Origin: Thermoanaerobaculia bacterium
GTDB taxonomy: Bacteria > Acidobacteriota > Thermoanaerobaculia > UBA5066
Reading direction: 5' to 3'
Assembly (NCBI GenBank): GCA_963816185.1
Contig: CAWFJJ010000024.1
Location: forward strand, 672,001-736,000
DNA length: 64,000 nucleotides
The translations under genes were made by a program, and so were the position numbers. The notes beneath the pieces were generated by a model. That model did no database searches. It worked only from the letters and a program-made list of their open reading frames with translations, and was not told where the DNA came from. Numbering within the stretch: position 1 is the first letter of the stretch; each line of letters opens with the position of its first letter. This document shows, in pieces, positions 28,345-37,610 of this stretch.

Positions 28345-30848
28345 GCGTGCTGCTGGCGATCCTGCCGGTCCTCCTTGCCATCGCTCCGGGGCCGGAGACG
28401 GATTGCGCCGAGGATCCCGCGACTCTCGCGAGCCAGGCCGAAAAGCTCGTCGCGGACGGAACACCGCTCCCGGAAGACCTCGCTCAGGCTCGGAATTTGG
28501 TCCGGCGCGCACGTCTCGCGTCGCCCTCGCTCGCTCTCGCCCTGCGCGGCGCGGACCTCGCGGCCGCCGCGGGAGACACGGACGACGAGGCACGCCTCCT
28601 CGAGATTGCGGCGAGGGACGCTCCGGAGCTCCTCTCGCCGGCCGAACGCCTCGTGCTCGCGCGGCAAGCCGAGGCGCGAGGGGACCGGCGCGGCGCGATT
28701 CTCCAGTACGGGCACGTCCTGGCCGCGCTTCAAAGGCGCGGGCGGTCGGGCGCGGACTGGATCGGCGAAAACATCCGGCGACTGGACGCCGAGGACGAAG
28801 CCCGAAGGCTCCCGGCTCGCCCCGGATTCGCTCCCCCCTCCGTGGACGCCCGCCGCGCCTTCGCCGACGGCAAGACGGCTCTGAGGCGCGGGGCGAACGA
28901 GCCGGCGCGCGAGGCGTTCCGGAAGGCGCTCCGGCTCTCGCCCGGATACTCCGAGGCCGCGCTCGCGCTCGGAAGCGTCGAGGAACGGAACGGACGGACG
29001 GCCGAGGCGGCGGCGGCGTACCGGACGGCGCTCGCGGCGGAGCCGGACGGCTTCGAAGCTCTCGTGGCCCTTTCGAATCTGCTCTGGAACGAGCCCGACC
29101 GCTCCGCGAAGGAGGAGTCGCTCGCGCTTCTCGACCGCGCCGTCGCGCTCCGTCCTGATCTCCCGCGCCTCCAGCGCGAGGCGGCAGACCGCTGGGCGGC
29201 CTGGGGCGACCCGGCGCGCGCCCTCGAACGGCTCGACGGGTGGTGGGCGCTCGCCTCGCCCGGCGAACGAGCGCAAGCCGCCGGCTTCCGGGAGCGCTTG
29301 CACGCGGGCCTCGCGCGGACGGCGGGCCCCGAGCCGGTCGTTCTCGGATCGGATCCGGCCTCTCCCGCGGTGGGAGCATTCCGCCTCGCGCAGGTTTACG
29401 CGAGCCGGTCCGACGTGCGCGACTGGGACGCGGCCGAGTCCGAGCTTGCCGAGGCCGAGCGCCTGGACCCCGGCTTCGTCCCGGCTCTCGAGCTGCGCGC
29501 CGCCCTGCGCGAGCGTCGGGAAGATCTGGCGGGCGCCGAGCAGATCCTCAAGCGCGCCGTTGCCATCGACCCTTCGCGCGCGATCGCGTGGGAGCGGCTG
29601 GCCGAGCTTCTGGGCCGGCAGGCAGGCCGGGAGCGCGACGTCGAGATCGCCTGGGAGCACGCGGATCAGGCCGGCTCTCGCGAGGCTCTCTTCGCGCTCG
29701 CCCGCATCGCGTCGAGCGAAGGGCGTTCGTCGCGCGCCGTAGCTCTTTACCGGCGCTACCTCTCGGAAGCGGCGGGAGGCGTTCATGCCGAGGAGGCGCA
29801 AGCAGGGCTCGAGCGCGAAGAGAGGCGGCAGGGAACGCTGCGCGGCGCCACGCTCGGCGCCGCCTTGTGCGTCCTCCTGGCGGGCGGTCTTTCCTGGGCG
29901 AGGAGGCGCGTGGGCCTCACGCTCGAGGAGTGGCTGAAGCGCGACCCCGGCGCGACGCGTGACGCACGTTCCGTGGCGGGTCGCCTTTCTCACGAGGCGT
30001 TCAAGCACGGCGGCCTGCTTCTCGGCGAGGCGGTGGAACGCCTGGGCCCGCACGAGGGGCTCGCCGAGGCTGCGCCGCTCCTCGTCGAACGTCTTTACGG
30101 GAGCTCGGGCGCTCCCGGGCTCGTCGCCGAAGGACGAAGGGCTCTTTCCGATCTCGAGTCGTTGGCACGCCGCCGTGGAGCGCGCCTGAACCTGCGATTC
30201 AAGGATCCGCTTTTTTCCCGGGTCTTCCGTTCGCTCGAGGCCCTCGAGAAGGCGGCCGGCGATCTCGCGCGCCTCGCCGAGAGTGGCTCGCTGCCGCCGC
30301 GCCGACTCGCCAGGCTGAGCCGGGAAATTCGCGAGGCCGCTTCGGCGCTCAACCCGCGGACCGCGCAGCTCTTGACGGCAACCCTCGATGCGGCGGGCTC
30401 CACAGAAGCTCGCTTCGAGCGGCTCGCGTCGATTCTCGCGAGCGTCGCGCGCGAAAACGACGCGGCGGTGCCGCCGCTCGCGGGGCTGGGTCTTTTCGGG
30501 GAGGTGGCCGACAGAAATTACGTCCGCGTCCGGATCCCGGAGGGAGACTGGGCCACCCTCTGGCGGAATCTCTTCGCGAACGCCCTGCGCGCTCCGCGCC
30601 TTGCGCTCCTCGCCGAGGAGCGGCGCGACCCGGTGACCGGCCAGGCCCTCGCGCGGTTCGTGCTCTTCGACGGCGATCCGAGGCTCTTGACCGCAGAGAT
30701 GATCCGGGGGCGAGCCGCGGAGCGGGGCCTCGGAATCGTCGCGGACCTGGTCCGGCGATGGGACGGCCTCGTGGACGTGACGCCGGGAACGGGGGACTTC
30801 ACGAAGGGCGTCGCGGTGGAGTTCGCGGCCGTGGAGGAGGCCGCATGA
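28341..30848 (+). CDS. TPR-repeat membrane sensor with a degenerate histidine-kinase-like C-terminus
   Basis: Signal peptide, TPRs, TM (GATLGAALCVLLAGG), RLSHEAFKH, LWRNLFANAL, LFDGD, RGLGIVADLV. Confidence 0.7.
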   Translation: MSVLLAILPVLLAIAPGPETDCAEDPATLASQAEKLVADGTPLPEDLAQARNLVRRARLASPSLALALRGADLAAAAGDTDDEARLLEIAARDAPELLSPAERLVLARQAEARGDRRGAILQYGHVLAALQRRGRSGADWIGENIRRLDAEDEARRLPARPGFAPPSVDARRAFADGKTALRRGANEPAREAFRKALRLSPGYSEAALALGSVEERNGRTAEAAAAYRTALAAEPDGFEALVALSNLLWNEPDRSAKEESLALLDRAVALRPDLPRLQREAADRWAAWGDPARALERLDGWWALASPGERAQAAGFRERLHAGLARTAGPEPVVLGSDPASPAVGAFRLAQVYASRSDVRDWDAAESELAEAERLDPGFVPALELRAALRERREDLAGAEQILKRAVAIDPSRAIAWERLAELLGRQAGRERDVEIAWEHADQAGSREALFALARIASSEGRSSRAVALYRRYLSEAAGGVHAEEAQAGLEREERRQGTLRGATLGAALCVLLAGGLSWARRRVGLTLEEWLKRDPGATRDARSVAGRLSHEAFKHGGLLLGEAVERLGPHEGLAEAAPLLVERLYGSSGAPGLVAEGRRALSDLESLARRRGARLNLRFKDPLFSRVFRSLEALEKAAGDLARLAESGSLPPRRLARLSREIREAASALNPRTAQLLTATLDAAGSTEARFERLASILASVARENDAAVPPLAGLGLFGEVADRNYVRVRIPEGDWATLWRNLFANALRAPRLALLAEERRDPVTGQALARFVLFDGDPRLLTAEMIRGRAAERGLGIVADLVRRWDGLVDVTPGTGDFTKGVAVEFAAVEEAA

Positions 30849-31309
30849 CGGCACGGCGCAAGGTCCTCGTCGTGGAGGACGGTACGGAATACGTGGAAGG
30901 CTTCGAGCGCCTCACGGCCGCACGGAACCTCGACGTCCTCTTCGCGCGGGCGAAAGACCTCGAGTCGGCCCGCGCGGCTCTCGCGGGGGAGCGGCCCGGG
31001 GCCGTCTTTCTCGACGTCGTCTTCGACCGCGCTCCGGAGGCCTCTCTCGCGGGAGACGCTGAGTCGCTCGTCGCGCGGTTCGGCGGGGACCGTGCGCGCG
31101 CCCTCCGCCATCTCGCGACGCACCAGGGCTTCTACATCCTCGACGCCCTCGCGCCGATGCTCGAAGAGCTGCCGGTCATCCTCGCGTACGACTTCGCAGT
31201 CGAGCCGCAGCGGCTCGAAGCGCTGCGGCGTCGGGTGCCCCGGCTTTCGGGGCTGCAAGACGGCGCGTCGATCTCACAGGCGCTCGAGATGATGCTGACA
31301 AGCTCGTGA
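30845..31309 (+). CDS. stand-alone atypical receiver-domain protein
   Basis: KVLVVEDG, VFLDVVFD, QGFYIL, LPVIL; same insertion pattern as the receiver of 26695..28344. Confidence 0.7.
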   Translation: MTARRKVLVVEDGTEYVEGFERLTAARNLDVLFARAKDLESARAALAGERPGAVFLDVVFDRAPEASLAGDAESLVARFGGDRARALRHLATHQGFYILDALAPMLEELPVILAYDFAVEPQRLEALRRRVPRLSGLQDGASISQALEMMLTSS

Positions 31310-31425
31310 GCCGCGCGCGACACCATGGCAGTCCTTCTTCCCGGTCTCTACCAACGCGCACGGGACCCGACCGCGTGCCGCTGCGGACGCTGCGCTGCCC
31401 GACCTGAGATACGCTCTCCGACCGC

Positions 31426-31788
31426 ATGAATTCGAGACCGGAAGCCCGTGTTCGCCTCGTGACCCGCGCAATCCTGGCGGTCGGGTTCGCCAGCGCGGTC
31501 GTGATCTACCTCGTCAACGCCACGCCCCCCGACGCGGCGGACTTTGAATTCGAGAATTCCAAGAAGTACCTTCGCGAACTGGAGGTCTACGGCGGCAAGG
31601 CGAACGTCATGGCCACGCAGTTCCGGCACTGGTTCGACGGACTGTGGCACGGCAGATCCCTCGCTTTCACGGTTGCCGTTATTGCCGTCCTCCTGGCTCT
31701 GGTCTACAACTTCTTCGCCACGCCCCTGCCGCCCGCCCTCGAGGGCGACGCGGGGCGTGAAGCGAACGGGAGCGGACGCGGCGCATGA
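31426..31788 (+). CDS. small two-TM membrane protein
   Basis: Two hydrophobic segments; SKKYLRELEVYGGKAN. Confidence 0.7.
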   Translation: MNSRPEARVRLVTRAILAVGFASAVVIYLVNATPPDAADFEFENSKKYLRELEVYGGKANVMATQFRHWFDGLWHGRSLAFTVAVIAVLLALVYNFFATPLPPALEGDAGREANGSGRGA

Positions 31789-32300
31789 CGGTCCGCGATG
31801 ACGATCATCGCGGCATGCATCCCCGCGCCAGCGAGCTCGTCGCACGACTGAACCTCGCTCCCCATTCCGAGGGTGGCTATTTCACGCGTGCCTTCCGCTC
31901 AGAGGCAATCGTATTCCCATCCGATTCCCGGGGGGCGCGCTCAGCGCTCAGCGTGATCTACTTTCTTCTCGTCGCCGGTACGCCGAGTCGCTGGCATCGC
32001 GTCTCTTCCGACGAGGCCTGGCACCACTACGAGGGTTCGCCGCTCGAGATCTTCTCCGCGTCGCCCCTGGGCGGTGCCGTCATGCGTCACACGCTCGGGC
32101 CTCTCTCCGCGACATCCGCACCCGTCCATGTCGTTCCTTCCGGCTGGTGGCAGGCAGCCCGGACTCTTGGTCCTTACTGCCTGGTCGGCTGTTCCGTCGG
32201 GCCGGGCTTCGAGTACGAGGACTTTGCGCTCCTGGCCAACGTTCCGGTCGGAGAACGGCCCCCTTTCGACCCGCCCTCACTCCAGGCGGCTTTCCTTTAG
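31785..32300 (+). CDS. cupin superfamily protein (DUF985/Cupin_5)
   Basis: LAPHSEGGYF, WHRVSSDEAWHHYEG, VPSGWWQAA, GPGFEYEDF. Confidence 0.9.
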   Translation: MTVRDDDHRGMHPRASELVARLNLAPHSEGGYFTRAFRSEAIVFPSDSRGARSALSVIYFLLVAGTPSRWHRVSSDEAWHHYEGSPLEIFSASPLGGAVMRHTLGPLSATSAPVHVVPSGWWQAARTLGPYCLVGCSVGPGFEYEDFALLANVPVGERPPFDPPSLQAAFL

Positions 32301-32356
32301 TCCCTCGTCGTCACTCGCGGACTCGACCTTCCAAGGAACCCCGTTCTCCGATCTCC

Positions 32357-33415
32357 TTAGATCTCCCGAAACACGAACCGCTTGAGAACCTGAATCCTCT
32401 CGGAGGCGTGGGTCGGATCCATGAGCCAGATGGCGCCCGCGACCGAGGAGAGAAGCGAGTTGCCGTCCTGGGGCGTGAAGCAGAACCCCACGATCTCCCG
32501 GCCCTTGTCGGCGACGGCGAGCGTGGGCGTCGAGATGACGGTCTGCGAGAGGATGCGGCCGTAATACCCGTGATCGCGGCCGAAGGAGAACACTTCGTTC
32601 GCACTCTTCCGTTCCGTGAGCGCGACGAGCGGATTCTCCTTCAGGTGCTCGACGACCGTCTTCTTGTCGGTCGGCTTCGTGAGCTCGAAGTTGAACCACA
32701 CGGAGTGCATGTATTGCGTGTTGAGCTTCAGGGCCGACGAGAAGACCTTGGGCTCCAGGCTGAGCGTCTCGTACAGGTGAAAGACGTCGCGGGCATGGTG
32801 CGTCCCGAACTGCTCGTCGTCGTGCTTGCCGACCGTCGGCGCGGGGATGTACTCCTTCGTCTGCGAGACGTCGTTCGCGCGCCGCATGCAGACGAACTGC
32901 GCGCGATCCATCACGAGGTCGTCTCCCGACATGCCGAGCGTCTTGATCAGGATCGCGAGGTTGTGCGTGTTGCACGACACGACTTGCAGGAAGCGGTCCT
33001 CGCCCGGGATGAGGGCCGAATCGTTGATCCCGCGCGCGTACATCTTGCCGAACCCGAACTCGGAGCCCTGCGCGACGAAACCACGGGGGCCCTTGAGGTG
33101 CTTGTAGTAGGCCTCCTTGTTGTCGTTTCCGGCGGGCGTGCAGTCGATGACCACGGTCGCGCGCTCGAGAGCTTCCTGTGCGCTGTAGGAGACCATGTGG
33201 CCGAGGGCCTCGAAATCCGCGGTCTTGTCCTCCTCCGTCGCGAGGTGCGCGCCGCGCGACATCAGGTGGGCCACCTTCGCGCGCTCGGTCTTCATGGGCG
33301 TGCGCTTGTGAAACGTCACTTCATCGATGCCGAGGTGCTGCTTGAAGTCGGTGAAGAGCCCGATGAGAGGCTCTCCGATCGTCCCGGTCCCGACGATGTG
33401 AACGATGTTCTTCAT
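32357..33415 (-). CDS. type II (archaeal-like) glyceraldehyde-3-phosphate dehydrogenase homologue
   Basis: GTGTIG Rossmann motif, VVIDCTP, VVSCNTHNL, RRAND, THHARDV. Confidence 0.7.
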   Translation of the reverse strand: MKNIVHIVGTGTIGEPLIGLFTDFKQHLGIDEVTFHKRTPMKTERAKVAHLMSRGAHLATEEDKTADFEALGHMVSYSAQEALERATVVIDCTPAGNDNKEAYYKHLKGPRGFVAQGSEFGFGKMYARGINDSALIPGEDRFLQVVSCNTHNLAILIKTLGMSGDDLVMDRAQFVCMRRANDVSQTKEYIPAPTVGKHDDEQFGTHHARDVFHLYETLSLEPKVFSSALKLNTQYMHSVWFNFELTKPTDKKTVVEHLKENPLVALTERKSANEVFSFGRDHGYYGRILSQTVISTPTLAVADKGREIVGFCFTPQDGNSLLSSVAGAIWLMDPTHASERIQVLKRFVFREI

Positions 33416-33526
33416 GACATGCTCCTGACGCGAAGGCACTTCCCGCGGGGAATTCCCTTATAGCCGTCCGGGGCGGTGGAATTCAACGGGCACGTCCGAA
33501 AAAGGCCGCGTGCTAACGTCGATTCG

Positions 33527-34168
33527 ATGCCGGACGCGGCCCCGGTGAGGCTCACGTCGCTCGAGATTCCGGGTCCCGCGGGCCCCCTCGAGGCTCTCCT
33601 GCGCTCGCCGGTGGCTCCGTCGGGGGCGGCGCTCGTCGCGCACCCGCATCCCCGGCTCGGGGGCACGATGCGCACGAAGGTCGTGCATCGCACGGCACGC
33701 CTTCTGTCCGGGCGATTCTCGCTGGCGGCCCTGCGCTTCAATTTCCGGGGGGTGGGCGCGTCCGCGGGGACGTACGACGGCGGCGCCGGCGAAACGGAGG
33801 ACGTCGTCGCGGCAGGACGCTGGCTGAGGGCCAGCCGGCCGGACGGCCCCTTCGTCCTTTCCGGCTTCTCGTTCGGGGCTCTGTGCGCCCTGAGGGCTGC
33901 CGAGCGCCTCGCGCCCGAGGTGCTGCTTCTCATCGGAGTTCCGACCGACCGGGACGCACCCGAAGGCGTCGCCCCCGAGGGCACGCATGTCGCGTGGATT
34001 CAAGGCGGGGACGACGAGTTCAGCTCGGCCGCTCGTGCCCGGGAAATCGCCGCCGCGAGAGGCTGGACGTTCCTCGTCGTGCCGGGGGCGGATCATTTCT
34101 TCTCGGGCTGCCTGGGCGAGTTCGAGAGCATGACGGGCGATGCGATTGCCCCATGGCTGTCGCGATGA
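33527..34168 (+). CDS. alpha/beta hydrolase
   Basis: HPHPRLGGTM, RFNFRGVGAS, GFSFG nucleophile elbow, ADHFF. Confidence 0.9.
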   Translation: MPDAAPVRLTSLEIPGPAGPLEALLRSPVAPSGAALVAHPHPRLGGTMRTKVVHRTARLLSGRFSLAALRFNFRGVGASAGTYDGGAGETEDVVAAGRWLRASRPDGPFVLSGFSFGALCALRAAERLAPEVLLLIGVPTDRDAPEGVAPEGTHVAWIQGGDDEFSSAARAREIAAARGWTFLVVPGADHFFSGCLGEFESMTGDAIAPWLSR

Positions 34169-34728
34169 TGGTTTCGGAAGAGGGGAGAGGGATTCTTCGA
34201 AAGGTGGCGTTGGCTGCGGCGGCCCGCGCGATGGGACTTCCAGCATCCCCGCGGCCGGTGATCGCTGCGGTAACCGCTCTCGCCAGCCCTGCGCCCGTCT
34301 TTGTGACGTGGAAGCGGGACGGGCGGCCGCGGGGGCGCAGCGGAACGACCGAGACCGCGCGCGGGCTCGTCGAAGAGGTCGAGGAGCACGCCGTGGCGGC
34401 GCTCCTGCACGACCCGAGATTCCCTCCAGCGACCGCCAAGGAGCTCCCGCGCTACGCGCCCGAGATCTCCGTTCTTTCCACCTTCGAAGAAATCTTCTCT
34501 TCCTCCGAAGGAATCTCCGATCTCTCCCGGCTCGACTCGGGCCTGCATGGTGTCGTCGTCGAAAAAGGGAAACGCCGCGGGGTCGTCCTGCCTCAGGATG
34601 CCGCGACGTTCGGCTGGGACGGCGCGCGCATCCTGTCCCAGGCGTGCCTCAGGGCGGGGCTGCCGGAGGAGAGCTGGAAGGCCGCGAGCCCTCCCCGCCT
34701 CCTCCGGTTCACCGCGGAGGTCTTCTGA
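34165..34728 (+). CDS. AMMECR1/AmmeMemoRadiSam protein A-like, degenerate
   Basis: VFVTWK, DPRFPP, EISVLS, GLHGVVV, VLPQDA, CLRAGL, FTAEVF; PRGRSG instead of LRGCIG. Confidence 0.8.
   Translation: MMVSEEGRGILRKVALAAAARAMGLPASPRPVIAAVTALASPAPVFVTWKRDGRPRGRSGTTETARGLVEEVEEHAVAALLHDPRFPPATAKELPRYAPEISVLSTFEEIFSSSEGISDLSRLDSGLHGVVVEKGKRRGVVLPQDAATFGWDGARILSQACLRAGLPEESWKAASPPRLLRFTAEVF
34177..34518. repeat. inverted motif pair inside the AMMECR1-like gene
   Basis: GAGGGATTCTTCGAAAGGTGG (34187-34207) versus CCACCTTCGAAGAAATCTTCTC (34478-34499). Confidence 0.7.
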
Positions 34729-34735
34729 CCGCGGG

Positions 34736-35470
34736 CTACTTCTCGATCGAAAGCAGCTCGACGTCGAAGACCAGCGTCGCGCCGCCTTTGATCTTCGGAG
34801 GGCTTCCCGCGTCGCCGTAGGCGAGATCCGAAGGGCACACGAAGCGGGCCTTGCCGCCCGTCTTCATGAGCTGGAGGCCCTGCGTCCAGCACGGGATCAC
34901 ACCGTTCAAGGGGAACGTCACGGGCTCGCCGCGATCGATCGAACTGTCGAACACCGTTCCGTCCGTGAGGGTGCCGCGGTAATGGACTTTCACCTTGTCG
35001 GTCGGCTTCGGCGAGGCGCCCGTTCCCGCCTTGATCTCCTTGTAAAGGAAACCGGTCGGCTGCTTGACGGCTCCGTTCTCGGCGACCTCCTTCGCGAGGA
35101 AAGCTGCGCCGGCCTTCTTCTCGGCTTCGGCGCCCGAGGCGACGCGCGCGTTCGCGAAGTCGCGGATCTTCGGCCCGTACGCCTGGAGATCCACCTTATG
35201 TGGACGGCCGAGGACTCCATCCGTGATGCCCTCCTGGACGGAGGCGAGGTCGGCCGCGGAGAGCTTCAGCGGCAGGAGGTTCTGGCTCAGGACGAGGCCG
35301 AGGGCGTAAAGGGTCTTCGCGCTTTCAGTCGCGGGTCCCGTACCGGCGACCTTGGTGGAGCCGGTCTTGGCGGGGGCGGCTTTCGCGGTGGCGGGCTTGG
35401 CGGCATCGTCGGCGAGCGCCAGGGTGGCCGAAGACAGAAGAAGAACGGAGGCGATGAGGTTTCGCCGCAT
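34736..35470 (-). CDS. FKBP-type peptidyl-prolyl isomerase (FkpA/Mip-like)
   Basis: Signal peptide, [36 protein letters not shown]. Confidence 0.93.
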   Translation of the reverse strand: MRRNLIASVLLLSSATLALADDAAKPATAKAAPAKTGSTKVAGTGPATESAKTLYALGLVLSQNLLPLKLSAADLASVQEGITDGVLGRPHKVDLQAYGPKIRDFANARVASGAEAEKKAGAAFLAKEVAENGAVKQPTGFLYKEIKAGTGASPKPTDKVKVHYRGTLTDGTVFDSSIDRGEPVTFPLNGVIPCWTQGLQLMKTGGKARFVCPSDLAYGDAGSPPKIKGGATLVFDVELLSIEK

Positions 35471-35530
35471 GGGATGAGGTCCTCGCTTTTCGTTTGATGA
35501 CGGCCCGGAGGGCGCGGCCGAAGATCGATT

Positions 35531-36355
35531 CTACCGCGCGGACGCGGCCGGGCGCGACAGAATGTGGAGGAGAACGCCCGCGGCGACGGCCGCGTTCAGG
35601 GAGTCGACACGGCCGGCGAGAGGCAGCGTGACGCGATGGTCGAGCGACGCGGCGATCTCAGGGGAGATTCCGTGGCCTTCGGAGCCGATCACGAGGGCGA
35701 GAGGTCGGACGCCTGCGAGGTCTTCGGGAGCCGTGCCGCCATGCGCCGCAGCTCCGCCGAGGGCTATGCCTTGCCGGCGAGCCCAGGCGATGGCCTCACT
35801 TGGAGCGACGCCCTCCACGACGGGCAATCGGAAGGCGCTGCCTGCCGACGCGCGCAGCGCGCGCGGTGAAAAAGGCCACGCACAGCCGGGCGTCAGGAGA
35901 GCGGCGGCAGCTCCGAACGCCTCGCCGCTCCGGAGGATCGCCCCCACGTTCGCGGGGTCCTGGACGTCGTCGAGGAGGAGAAAAAGAGAAGACGAGGAGG
36001 GAGATGTCTTTGAAGGTAATAGGGCTGAAAGCGAAGTCAGATCGCGGTGGGGAGGCGCCGCGAGCGCGACGACGCCGCGTGTCGAGGGGAGATCCGAGAG
36101 CTTCCGAAGAACGCGCGCCGAGACACGTGTTACGCGGGCGTCCCCTCTTCCCGTTCTAAGAAAATCTTCGTCTTCTTTTTCTGCTCTCTCTTCCTCCGGA
36201 TTTCTCTGAACAAAGACTTCTTCTATCTGCACCCCCGCGTCGAGAGCCTCCTCGATCATTCGCGCACCCTCGAGCAGCATCTTTTCGTGCGCCGCGACGG
36301 CCTTGACGGCGGCCGCGATACGCGGGTTCGACGGGGATTCGATGCGCGTCGTCAT
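35531..36355 (-). CDS. TrmH/SpoU family RNA methyltransferase
   Basis: VQDPANVGAILRS, RASAGS, GSEGHGI, SLNAAVAAG. Confidence 0.92.
   Translation of the reverse strand: MTTRIESPSNPRIAAAVKAVAAHEKMLLEGARMIEEALDAGVQIEEVFVQRNPEEERAEKEDEDFLRTGRGDARVTRVSARVLRKLSDLPSTRGVVALAAPPHRDLTSLSALLPSKTSPSSSSLFLLLDDVQDPANVGAILRSGEAFGAAAALLTPGCAWPFSPRALRASAGSAFRLPVVEGVAPSEAIAWARRQGIALGGAAAHGGTAPEDLAGVRPLALVIGSEGHGISPEIAASLDHRVTLPLAGRVDSLNAAVAAGVLLHILSRPAASAR
35972..36197. repeat. inverted motif pair inside trmH
   Basis: AGAAAAAGAGAAGACGAGG...GATGTCTTTGAAGGTAATAGGGC (35979-36025) versus CCCCTCTTCCCGTTCTAAGAAAATCTTCGTCTTCTTTTTCT (36142-36182). Confidence 0.7.
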
Positions 36356-36428
36356 GGAGCGCCAACGAGTGTAGTTCCTTCCGGCGAAGCGAGCGGAAGT
36401 GCGAATCGGTGTGCTTAAATCCCCCCGA

Positions 36429-37610
36429 ATGAAGCTGTCGCTTCCGGTCGCGGGCAGCGTCGCCGCGAAGGCCACGCCGCTGACCGCCCTCTGGACGTTC
36501 CCCTCCGTCCTTTTCTCCGCGTTCCTCGTGGCCTGGGGGGCCGAGGCCGCTCAGTTCCTCGTGTCGCAGGGCCTGGCGCTCGCGATCCTGGCGTGGCTTC
36601 AGACGCTCCCCGAATTCGCGGTGGAAGCCGTCATTGCATGGGAGGCCGGGAAGGACCCGGCGAAGGTGCATCTCGCCATCGCGAATTTCACCGGCTCGAT
36701 CCGCCTTCTCGTCGGACTCGGCTGGCCTCTCGTCTATTTCGTGGCGGCGTTTTTCGCCCGGAAGACGGGTAAGAGGAAGACGTGGATCGCGATCGAGTTC
36801 GACGACGAGCACGCGATCGAGATCGTGGGCCTCCTTCCACCGCTCCTCTGGTTCACCGTGATCTGGTGGAAAGGCACGCTCGGCCTCCTCGATGCCGCCG
36901 TGCTCACCGTTTGCTACGTCGGCTATCTCGTCGCGCTGTTGAAGGTGCCTCCGCGCGAGGGTGACGTGGAGGAGATGGAAGACCTCCCGGCCGTGTCGCG
37001 CTGGGCCCTCTCGCGGGGGCCCCGCGGGAGGGGATGGGCGATCGCGGGCATCTTCCTCGTCGGGGGCGCTCTCCTCGCCGTGTCGGCCCACGCGTTCGTG
37101 GAGTCCATGCTCGCGCTCGCGATCTCCGCCGGAGTCTCGCAATTCGTCTTCGTCCAGTGGGTCGCGCCGTTTCTCTCCGAGTTTCCCGAGAAGCTCTCGG
37201 CGTTCAACTGGGCGCGCCAGATCACGAAAGCGCCGATGGCCGTGATGAATCTCGTCTCGTCCACGATCAACCAGTGGTCTATTCTCTCGGGCCTCATTCC
37301 GGTCATCTACTCGATCTCGAGAGGAACCCCGTCGGCCATCGCCTTCGATCAGCACCAGCGCCTGGAGATCCTTCTGACGATCCTGCAGAGCTTTCTCGGC
37401 TGGCTCCTCCTCCTGAACCTGGACCTGCGCGCTTTCGAGGCCGCGATCCTCTTCGTGTTTTGGCTGGTTCAGTTCACCTTTCCCGAGACTCGCGGCGCGA
37501 TGATCGGCGTCTATTCCGGCTGGTGCGGCGTCGAGATCGCGATGATCGCTTTTGGAATGCGGAAGCCGCGCGCCTTTCGGGCCGCCTGGAATACTTTGAG
37601 GCACCGGTGA
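36429..37610 (+). CDS. Ca2+/cation antiporter (CaCA, Na/Ca exchanger family)
   Basis: Alpha-repeats LQTLPEFAVE and FLSEFPE; about 11 TM segments. Confidence 0.8.
   Translation: MKLSLPVAGSVAAKATPLTALWTFPSVLFSAFLVAWGAEAAQFLVSQGLALAILAWLQTLPEFAVEAVIAWEAGKDPAKVHLAIANFTGSIRLLVGLGWPLVYFVAAFFARKTGKRKTWIAIEFDDEHAIEIVGLLPPLLWFTVIWWKGTLGLLDAAVLTVCYVGYLVALLKVPPREGDVEEMEDLPAVSRWALSRGPRGRGWAIAGIFLVGGALLAVSAHAFVESMLALAISAGVSQFVFVQWVAPFLSEFPEKLSAFNWARQITKAPMAVMNLVSSTINQWSILSGLIPVIYSISRGTPSAIAFDQHQRLEILLTILQSFLGWLLLLNLDLRAFEAAILFVFWLVQFTFPETRGAMIGVYSGWCGVEIAMIAFGMRKPRAFRAAWNTLRHR

Noticed and set aside
27954-30854. 966-aa minus-strand ORF and similar long shadow ORFs (6158..8038, 44800..47697, 51350..53518, 15153..16853, 10253..11827)
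   Set aside because: They overlap well-supported genes, have no recognisable motifs, and are expected from stop-codon scarcity in high-GC DNA.
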